Source of the DNA: Amoeboradix gromovi X-113
Lineage: Eukaryota > Fungi > Sanchytriomycota
Direction of reading: 5' to 3'
Length of the DNA: 8,025 nucleotides
Assembly (NCBI GenBank): GCA_018985225.1
Contig: JADGIF010000472.1
Span: 1 to 8,025, forward strand
A program made the translations under genes and the position numbers. Below, in pieces: positions 1-7,234 of this stretch. Position 1 is the stretch's first letter, and each line of letters begins with the position of its first letter. The notes beneath the pieces were generated by a model, which did not search any database, had not been told where the DNA came from, and worked only from the letters and a program-made list of their open reading frames with translations.

Positions 1-125
1 GCTCAAAGACCTCATATATTTGAAAGAGATGTAGGGTCTTCTAGTTTTATTTTAAAAAGAGGAATACAATTAATGAACGAAAATTGGTACAATAGAAGAT
101 CTTTTATTAATGATAGCATTTCCTC

Positions 126-270
126 CGTATGGTGCACCTTTAAAAACGAGTTAGTATAGTTTTTATATTTGGTGTCCCAAATGGAAGAGGGGAATATGGG
201 GTACCTAGCCCACTCTCACAGGCTTTTCTCACTAGGAGCGCGTGCGAGTTACGTTTTGTTAATACCTACG
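126..270 (-). ncRNA. Putative Fanzor omegaRNA scaffold (locus A)
   Basis: Lies directly 3' of, and slightly overlaps, the Fanzor stop at 261-259, and is GC-richer than its flanks. Minus-strand stems: ACTCGCAC(249-242)/GTGAGAGT(219-212) with an inner CTC/GAG hairpin; TGGG(212-209)/CCCA(200-197); TCCC(193-190)/GGGA(178-175). Loop-loop complement CCTAG(236-232)/CTAGG(208-204). Possible closing stems AAAACG(257-252)/CGTTTT(148-143) and CGTAGGT(270-264)/ACCATACG(133-126). Boundaries are inferred. Confidence 0.6.
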
Positions 271-985
271 CGTAAAGACGTCTGACCTGCAGGCATGCAG
301 TGTCTCAGCTAAGAATATGTACAGAATGTTCAGTGAGGCATTGACATCACGATTCAACGTCTTGCGCATGCATGTCGGTGTTAAGCACCGTCGCACTCCG
401 AAGATTACCATGCCTTCATCTTCACTGTACATTGGAACTACTTTCTGATGACAGCAGTTGCAAAGCTGACTAGTGCAGTCTTCATTCATATCATACACTT
501 CAATTCCTCTTCTTCTCAAAGCCTTTCTTACTTCTTTCATAGGACCAGGGCTGTGACCTTTAGAACAGCTACTGAATATGCCTGCTACAAATGCAATCAA
601 TGTCTACAGGAAGACGATCTGTGCTAACAGCTTTACCTTTGCTAAGAATTGCACTGACTGCATATCCTTCTGTCTTCATCATAAACTCAAAGTCACGTTT
701 TTGATTGTCACCTTCTGCATTGTTGAGGTTGAAATACTGTTTCCATTTAGCACGAGCATGGGCTCTTAAAGTTGTTACTGCTTTAGTAACAGTTTCCTAT
801 ACTCTTTCTGACATACGCAGTAGAAGGCCTCTCAAAATACCTGTGTCAGTAGTGATGTGTTTGGAGGTGAAGCTACACAGTGTTAGAATGCTGAAAACTC
901 TTGAGTCATGTTCTTGCATAAACCACTGCAAATCGTATAGCCATCTAAGGTATGTTCACCATCGCTTTTTTGGGTTATCAAATCT
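259..985 (-). pseudogene. Fanzor1 (TnpB-family RNA-guided endonuclease) pseudogene, internally deleted (locus A)
   Basis: ORF 600-259 has IAF.AG.FSS.SKGH.PGP, RuvC-II NEDCTSQLCNCC (E at 483-481), zinc-finger Cys pairs, RuvC-III NRDVNASLNIL (D at 348-346) and terminal RSDVFTR. Another minus frame (~985-605) reads NPKKRW*TYLRWLYDLQWFMQEHDSRVFSILTLCSFTSKHITTDT...V*...KWKQYFNL...RDFEFMMKTEGYAVSAIL, matching the Fanzor1 FSxxP..SF...HI.IDT and F...I.TDG.xVS motifs. Stops at 958-956 and 799-797. The RuvC-I DPG motif is absent. The 5' limit is uncertain. Confidence 0.88.
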
Positions 986-1449
986 TCGAACAAGGTAAAG
1001 ATTGAAAAGATCATGAATGAATAATAAACAAGAAATACAAATGTTCCCGATTGTGGTTCAGTGGTAAGAAGAGAAAATACACTAAGAAGAGATATCTTTA
1101 AATACTGTGAACTCAGGTATAAGCAGTGTTTGTACATTTTTACCAAAGGTGTACATTAGTTTCTTGCTATAAACACTGAAATTCTCTTCCTGTCGTACCT
1201 ATAACTGCCACCACTACGATAGATCGTCTTTTTATTAACTTCATTTTCTAGAACCTTGTTTCGTATTCAAAGCAATCCCTTACCCAACACAAGTTCCACA
1301 TGAGCCATAATGAGTTTGCTATAATCTGTGACCATTTTATTTTATATGTGACCTTAGGACAAGACTTGTATCTTACAAGGTTGGATACTTTTTGAGGGTT
1401 TCTGACATTAATAAGTAATTTTTCTCCTTCTAATCCCCTTTTCTCTACC

Positions 1450-2190
1450 ATGCCTACATTTATAGTCAGCACTTTAATTGTTTCTGCAATTTTAATTCTG
1501 GGATTAGTTGGTTTAGCAAGCACAATCGGGACTACAAACTATTCTGTACCTGAGGATTGTACCTGTGACTGCTTTGATCGCAAATTTAAAGGCGTCTACT
1601 TTAGAGAGCATAAACAATACAAGTCTATATATTTTAACATGGAACCTTTCACAGCTTATATTGTCGCTTGGACATTATTTTATGTCATATTGCTTTTTAA
1701 ATATGTAGAAAAAGCTCTTTACAGTTTTATGAATGGAAAATTAAATTGGTGGGTTGTATTGCTGGGAAGCATTGGCCATTTTTCTCACTTCTATAATTGG
1801 TGGGCTGTGTTTAATTATCTAAATGATAGATTCTACATTTATATTTACTCTCAGGTATTCTTTAGTGCTACAGAATTAATTCCCGCCACTTGTCTCTACA
1901 TCTTACTTAACAATTCTTCGCCTTCTACGAATCTGATGAATATCTCAATCAGTGTCTTATTGATGCACTTGTGGCAATGTATGGCCGATCAAGGTCTGAG
2001 ACATTTGCTTCTGGGCGAAGAGTTCGAGTTCCATACCTTTCTAAGAGACCTAAATTTCATTCTGGCTGACGGGTTTCCGTTATTTGTTATTGCATTTCAC
2101 AAAAAGTCATGGACCGTAAATGATGTTTTTGTAATTTTGAATTTTAGCTTGATTTTTAAAATACTGTTCAACGTCGGATTCTATGATTAA
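1450..2190 (+). CDS. Uncharacterised multi-pass membrane protein with an N-terminal signal/anchor and a CxCxC-FD-xxFKGxY motif
   Basis: Uninterrupted 246-aa ORF. Hydrophobic N-terminus, then CTCDCFDRKFKGVY...YKSIYFN, then about 6 further hydrophobic helices with polar embedded residues (HFSHFYNWW, YLND, QVFFSATE, H..Q...DQ, RD). Confidence 0.85.
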   Translation: MPTFIVSTLIVSAILILGLVGLASTIGTTNYSVPEDCTCDCFDRKFKGVYFREHKQYKSIYFNMEPFTAYIVAWTLFYVILLFKYVEKALYSFMNGKLNWWVVLLGSIGHFSHFYNWWAVFNYLNDRFYIYIYSQVFFSATELIPATCLYILLNNSSPSTNLMNISISVLLMHLWQCMADQGLRHLLLGEEFEFHTFLRDLNFILADGFPLFVIAFHKKSWTVNDVFVILNFSLIFKILFNVGFYD

Positions 2191-2222
2191 ATAGTAACCA
2201 ATAAACAATGTACCCATTCATT

Positions 2223-2722
2223 ATAATCTATTAAAGCTTGGTATGAGCTCTTCTATTTGCTCTTTTGATTTACTTAAAATCTCGGATTTGCTGTACTTAT
2301 TGGTAACTCCGCGAATGAGAGCCCAACTCTTTCCCTCTCAAATTTTTTGGGTCATTAATAATGTTTCCATGGCATAAAAGCTCGTACCCTTGGTGTTCAG
2401 CACTATACTTTAATATATCATCGTACTCAACCTCTTAAAAAGTACTTGGTGTGATATCCAGCAAATCTGGTTTTGGTTCACAAAGATCTACGGTCTTTCT
2501 TTATGATTCTTGCCACAAATTCCTAATAGGATATGACAGAAGCTCGGTAGTATCTTTAGATATCAGTGCTTTGAGTTTGAAATACTTGGATGAGTAAAAA
2601 AACATAAACTATTTGTAGTATAATTGCTTATCCAATTCAAAGATAGGCCGGGATAACTGAACAATTGAGAGAGTTTATAAACAAGCCGTCAAATCATATT
2701 TTGAATCCATAACCACGACAAT
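2223..2722 (-). pseudogene. Possible decayed ORF of unknown family
   Basis: One minus frame reads IVVVMDSKYDLTACL*TLSIVQLSRPIFELDKQLYYK*FMFF...LWQES*RKTV...STF*EVEYDDILKYSAEHQGYELLCHGNIINDPKNLRG. After a probable frameshift it continues KSWALIRGVTNKYSKSEIL...FNRL*. Stops are sparse and composition is protein-like, but no motif was recognised. Confidence 0.25.
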
Positions 2723-3034
2723 TTATCCTCATTATTTGACCAAACTCACCATAGTTGTACAAAAACTTAGAAAATTTAAGACTGTTTTCGCTTATAGTGA
2801 TAAGTCCACCTAGCCCCTTAAATTTCAACGGACCTTATATTACCTTTTTTCATATGCTCACTGCTCTGTACATCAAGTTCTTTCAGCTTACTACTTATTA
2901 AATATCAATGTCTCTGATCGACTCCTTTTCGAAACTGTAAGGGAAAATGATATAATAAATAGCAGTGCTTTACAATTTCACCTAGTCTTTTACATGTTTA
3001 AGTAATAGTCTTTTGATAGACGTTTAACACCTAA

Positions 3035-3796
3035 ATGAGCCAGAGCATTGCCTCCCATTTTTTGTTACAAATGATGTTCAAGTATTCTTATGTACGTCAG
3101 TTTGAGCCAAACAATAAACTGCTGCAAAAGACTTACATTATTGTAAGAATAGATGGCAAGAATTTTAGTAAATTTACGGAAGTCAATGAATTTGAAAAAC
3201 CAAATGACATAATCGGTATAGATGCAATGAACTCGGCCGCATTGCATTGTATGAAGGAATTTTTAGACATTAAAATGGCATATGGTCAATCTGATGAGTA
3301 TTCATTTCTTTTTGAGCCAAAAAGTAATCCATGCAATCGACGAACCGAGAAATTAATCTCATTAATGGCTTCCACATTTACAAGTAAATATTGCTCTTAT
3401 AAAGACTGGAAATATCCGCCTGTTTTTGATGCAAGAGCTGTAGTTTATCCTCAGAAAATACAAATTATGGATTACTTCAAATGGCGCCAGGCAGATTGCC
3501 ATGTAAATAACCTATACAACACTGTTTTTTGGAGAATTGTGAAGAGTGGAATTACTAAACAAGAAGCAACTGAGCAATTGAAAGGAACCAACTCGTCTGA
3601 TAAGAACGAAATTCTATTTTCGAAATTTAAAATGAATTACAATAACGAATGCAACATATACAAGAAAGGAACCACACTTATAAGATCAGTATTACCGATG
3701 TCTTTGTACCCTGTGGAACAAATAGAAAAATGCATATACAGTTACAATGGCGATATCTTTCAGGACAAATTTTGGAACGCAGTAAATATTGAGTAA
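3035..3796 (+). CDS. THG1: tRNA(His) guanylyltransferase (Thg1, 3'-5' nucleotidyltransferase)
   Basis: Diagnostic motifs KYSYVRQFE, IVRIDGKNFSKF, FEKPND, AYGQSDEYSF, FDAR, DYFKWRQADCHVNNLYNTVFW, LKGTNSSDKNEILF...NYNNE...YKKGT, DIFQDKFW. The true start may be the ATG at 3071 or 3074. Confidence 0.97.
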   Translation: MSQSIASHFLLQMMFKYSYVRQFEPNNKLLQKTYIIVRIDGKNFSKFTEVNEFEKPNDIIGIDAMNSAALHCMKEFLDIKMAYGQSDEYSFLFEPKSNPCNRRTEKLISLMASTFTSKYCSYKDWKYPPVFDARAVVYPQKIQIMDYFKWRQADCHVNNLYNTVFWRIVKSGITKQEATEQLKGTNSSDKNEILFSKFKMNYNNECNIYKKGTTLIRSVLPMSLYPVEQIEKCIYSYNGDIFQDKFWNAVNIE

Positions 3797-3827
3797 GTAT
3801 TGTTTGATGTATTGTAGATACAGTTTT

Positions 3828-4050
3828 TTAGCGACTCAGAATTTCCTTGACGGTTATCTTGCGAACATTCTTTTCTAAAGTCTTCCTTAAAAGTCATGAC
3901 AACCAGGTAGATCAAGAATTTCCGCAGAACCGAGAAACCAGTCACTCTGTTATAGTATCTGCTGATGCTTCCTCTACCTATAGACCAAACCACAAACCAA
4001 TGTATGTACATTTCCAAACAGGTCTTCTTTAGAGCCCACATACTGCGCGA
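3828..4050 (-). pseudogene. Probable Ser/Thr protein kinase C-lobe relic
   Basis: MWALKKTCLEMYI (from 4041) resembles subdomain IX (DxWSLGxxxxEM). About 60 codons later, across frameshifts, CHDF/LRKTLEKNVRKITVKEILSR* (stop 3830-3828) resembles subdomain XI (DLLxKMLxKDPxKRxTxxExL). The spacing matches the usual IX-XI distance. Confidence 0.45.
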
Positions 4051-4273
4051 TTAACTGCTCCTCAACTTTGCAGAGTTTTTTCAATGCAATAAAAATCCTT
4101 ATGCTCTTGAGTTAAATGATTAAGGTCCTTTCAGTGGTGCGATACTTTGTCGTAATTGCTATCGAAGCACATCGAAATTCACATAAGATGCATCGTTGTT
4201 TTTACATCCTTGGATTTGTAGTGCACTCTGTATTAACTAGTGCTTGAATGATACTTCTCTATGTCGAGTAACA

Positions 4274-5477
4274 GATGATGTGTTGATTAATCAACTAAAA
4301 GAGTTTGTATCCAAATATTCAATGAGTTTATATGATCGTCAAGTGCTAAAACCTCAATAATTAATACAACTTTGAAGCATCAAGTATTAATACATCTTTT
4401 AGGAATTATTGGCAAGAATATATAAATGAACCTGATTGTTTGGAACATAAACCGAAGAAAAGAAATACATTGGATTATGAATTGGATGGTTTGATGAATG
4501 ATTTAAAGGCTGTTAAAGATACACCGGATCGTTTAACTCTTTTTAACAAGTATTTGTTTATTGTATCACCAGATGCGTCACCATTAACATATTCCAGAAC
4601 AAGTCAATTTTGCCAGTCAATTCAAAAAAGCTTGTTATGAGAAAACTATTCCCAATATCGAGAAACCATTCTTGAGACATTTAGGTAGATTGAATCAAGA
4701 AGCATTAACTCAATTAAAAGATGTAGAATGTGTTTGTAGATCCTGGTAAGAATTTAATTTATATCACAGAAAGCATTTCATTTTCATCCAAACAATTTAA
4801 ACATTTGATCCAAAGGAATTGAAAAGTGGTAAAGAGCAACATGGAATCATGATTATTGAAGACAAATTATCAAAAACAAGAACCTTTCTAGATTATTTAA
4901 ATGCATTGGCACATTATATGGAAAAAATGAATTTGTTCTACAGCCAGAGATGCTTTAAACAATGCCGATTTAGACGCTTTGGATTAAAACAAAAGATCAA
5001 ATATATGATGTAAAATGAATTGGTAACTGGTCAAAAGACATTAACGAATTTCAAATTGAGTGATAAAGAGAGAGAAACAGAAATTCAAGAAAGGGAACTT
5101 GAAAAGAGCTATTTGTTGGGGAAATGGTGGAAAAGCACACGTGAAAGGGTGTGATCCGGTTCCTAATAGATTATTATGCCATCAATTCTCAAAATGGGGA
5201 CAAGTTATCATAGTACCTGAAGAGTATACATCCAAGAAATGCTGTAGATGTAAAAATGATGTGAACAGTAAAGAAACAAAGAGTCCTTAAAAGATGGAGG
5301 ACATGCGAATCATGCTCCCTCGCCGAAGAAAGAGATCGGAATGCTAGTTTGAATATTAGAGTTGTATTTGTTAGTTATACAGCTACATTCAAGAAGCCTT
5401 ATTCGAAAGTTCGCCCACCAAGGGGTGATATCAATATATTAGGAGTTCCTTCCCCTTATGGGGACTTGGGACAATGA
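4274..5477 (+). pseudogene. Fanzor1 (TnpB-family RNA-guided endonuclease) pseudogene, frameshifted (locus B)
   Basis: Colinear fragments across frames: REC-like Q*LIQ/EASSINTSFRNYW; degraded WED IT.D.VTINIF (~4562-4595); RuvC-I FVDPGKN (D at 4739-4741) followed by SFSSKQF; bridge-helix region FLDYLNAL...LFYSQRCFKQCRFRRFGLKQK..MM*NEL (stop 5011-5013); AICWGNG...KGCDPVP; RuvC-II VPEEYTSKKCCRC (E at 5219-5221); CESC and RuvC-III ERDRNASLNI (D at 5334-5336). The last frame ends at TGA 5475-5477. Confidence 0.88.
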
Positions 5478-5510
5478 TTACTTTACTAGGGTAATATAGC
5501 TCGTAACAAT
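5374..5510 (+). ncRNA. Putative Fanzor omegaRNA scaffold (locus B), overlapping the end of the ORF
   Basis: Closing stem GTTAT-AC-AGCTA(5374-5385)/TAGCT-C-GTAAC(5497-5507). Hairpins TCGCCC-ACCAAG-GGGTGA (5411-5428), TCCCC-TTAT-GGGGA (5451-5464, extendable by GTTCC/GGGAC) and ATTACTTT-ACT-AGGGTAAT (5477-5495). Loop CCAAG (5418-5422) is complementary to CTTGG (5465-5469). Confidence 0.6.
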
Positions 5511-5695
5511 TGCAAATGATTAATTCAATTAAGATATCAGTTTAGGATATAGTGCTTGACTTGTGGTTCGTGATTCATTAACATAATTGATTGAACCCAA
5601 TTAAAATTGTTTCCCAACTGAAAATCATCGATTGCACCAATCAGAGTGATTCCAATTTTATTCTAATTTAACTCCAGACCATCAGCTCAAAAAGC

Positions 5696-6691
5696 ATGGC
5701 GCTTCCCCGCAATGTTCCAATATTCTCACAAGCACAGTGTTCACAAATTATACTGAAGAGTGTGGCTTTGACTATTTTAATGCTACAAGCGTATATAATT
5801 TTACCCCATATATCAGTCAGAAATAGGATTGTTATTTCTACATTCATTGCAGTTTTATTTTGTTTTATTGGTGCATTCTTTGGTTTTGCTAGAGATTTAT
5901 ACTTGATAAATATACAGGATGCATGGCCTTTACAGATAGTGTATCTTATGTTCATTGTTACTTTTCAAATGTTTGGATGGATATCGTACTATAGACTAGT
6001 TCAACAGGTAAGTAAATGCAAAAAATTGCTGAGGATTTTGTTTATCTGGTTATGCATAGAGTCGCTCTGCTCCTTGGCAGCATCAGTAGTTATTGTGTTG
6101 CCCGGATTGGAAACATATGCTGCATTTTACATGCTAGTTGGATTAGTACTCTCGCAAGCAATTAACTGTGCATTGTCGAATGTGCTGTATTTGTACTACT
6201 ATTGCATACCGCTATGGAAAAAATTAGATAATCGCGTCGTTATGAACATACCAATATTCACACATGTAGCAATTGATTTGCTACTACATGGCTCATATAT
6301 CGTAGCTTTTTTAACCGAAAGCAACTATATGACAAGCATTGTAACTGTTTGCACAGCAATCCGTTTAGGACTCTTCACTGTTATCACTTTTAAACTGCAA
6401 GCGCAGCATATAGAAGAAGACAGCAAGTCCTTGCCTTCTGCAGTCACCAAATCTGATAGCCCAGTAATCGGAAATTCATACTACGAAATAGAAAGTTCGA
6501 ATAATAGTTTTATGGAGGACAGCTTTGTAAATTCAGAAATATATACCGCCCACCCTTCAATAGAAGCAGGATCATTACATATTCAAAGACCCACATTTAT
6601 GACAACAGACTCTTTAACAGATTCAGTAGATACTACTTATTTGGCAAATAAGTATGGAAGTCTTCTGGAACGGATATCACCGCCACAATAA
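5696..6691 (+). CDS. Seven-transmembrane (GPCR-like) protein with a Ser/Thr-rich cytoplasmic tail
   Basis: 331-aa ORF with seven hydrophobic segments in residues ~17-232, YYRL at the end of TM3, basic loops after TM1, TM3 and TM5, and a ~100-aa S/T/D/E-rich disordered C-terminus. AATAAA follows the stop. Confidence 0.8.
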   Translation: MALPRNVPIFSQAQCSQIILKSVALTILMLQAYIILPHISVRNRIVISTFIAVLFCFIGAFFGFARDLYLINIQDAWPLQIVYLMFIVTFQMFGWISYYRLVQQVSKCKKLLRILFIWLCIESLCSLAASVVIVLPGLETYAAFYMLVGLVLSQAINCALSNVLYLYYYCIPLWKKLDNRVVMNIPIFTHVAIDLLLHGSYIVAFLTESNYMTSIVTVCTAIRLGLFTVITFKLQAQHIEEDSKSLPSAVTKSDSPVIGNSYYEIESSNNSFMEDSFVNSEIYTAHPSIEAGSLHIQRPTFMTTDSLTDSVDTTYLANKYGSLLERISPPQ

Positions 6692-6995
6692 AATAAATCT
6701 TTTTATGTAGAATTTATGTTTTTGTTGTACTACTCCAAATTTGGCACCCGATAACCAACGAAAAGACATTAATTATAAAGAAGAAAAATTATTTGCAGCA
6801 GAGCTCCTTAAAAAACATCAACAAATTTATCCTATGCTGCTGATTGCATAAGCAGGGTGCCACTGCGCTCTATAGTCCGCCCCTCGAAAAGATTTAGCTT
6901 GTCCATTATGCTCATCATCTTTAAATCTTGGCTGCAGCTGCAATAGATTTCTGGATTGCGTCTACTTACTATTGCATGAAAACAAAGAGTTTACT

Positions 6996-7133
6996 ACGCT
7001 TCCCGAATCGTGCTTTTCTCCTTGTGCTTGTCTTTCTTCGCTCGATACTCTGTTCTTTCCAATTTAATAGCACCAACATGCGCTACTTTTTATAGCGGGA
7101 AACCTCATCTGTCAGGTTGTTTTATTAATCGAG
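6996..7133 (-). repeat. Degenerate duplicate of the promoter and first ~23 codons of the 7235-7795 gene (copy 1, start codon lost)
   Basis: Direct repeat of 7725-7865 at roughly 90% identity by manual alignment (~11-12 substitutions plus a 3-nt indel). ATG GGA AAG has become ATT GGA AAG, and the frame reads IGKNRVSSEERQAQGEKHDSGSV before diverging. Confidence 0.92.
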
Positions 7134-7234
7134 GTGTGCCATCTTCCTAACTTACTCGTTATTATAATTTACCGCATTCTCTCTTCTGCCAAAGTAATTA
7201 AGTTTTAAGCTACAAGGTATTTAAATTTACTATT

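Noticed and set aside
601-612. An intron explaining the frame jump in Fanzor A
   Set aside because: Sequence is missing (RuvC-I and bridge helix), not inserted, so splicing cannot restore it.
578-1146. ORFs 578-769 (+), 705-998 (+) and 883-1146 (-)
   Set aside because: They are antisense or off-frame shadows of the Fanzor A pseudogene; the motif-bearing frame is a different, stop-interrupted minus frame.
92-1238. Similar sequences ATAGAAGATCTTTTATTAA (92-110) and ATAGATCGTCTTTTTATTAA (1219-1238) as a target-site duplication around element A
   Set aside because: The match is imperfect and mostly an AT-rich TTTTATTAA tract that also occurs elsewhere (e.g. ~7120), so chance cannot be excluded.
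259-5477. Stop-codon reassignment (TAA/TAG read as Gln) or programmed frameshifting to explain the interrupted Fanzor frames
   Set aside because: The four intact genes have no internal TAA/TAG and end in TAA. The relics also contain TGA stops, several frameshifts and deletions, which fits ordinary decay.
259-5477. Prokaryotic IS200/IS605/IS607 tnpB or a Cas12 CRISPR locus
   Set aside because: No TnpA (Y1 or serine recombinase), CRISPR array or cas genes are visible. The motifs (TDG-type WED, xDPG, KGH/KG..P) and the eukaryotic context fit Fanzor1 better.
1248-5955. Short ORFs 1248-1523 (-), 3065-3247 (-), 3847-4032 (+) and 5668-5955 (-)
   Set aside because: They are antisense overlaps of better-supported genes or relics and have no recognisable motifs.
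6700-6995. Coding remnant or RNA gene between the 7TM gene and the duplication
   Set aside because: Only short open frames without motifs, and no tRNA cloverleaf or strong structure was recognised.
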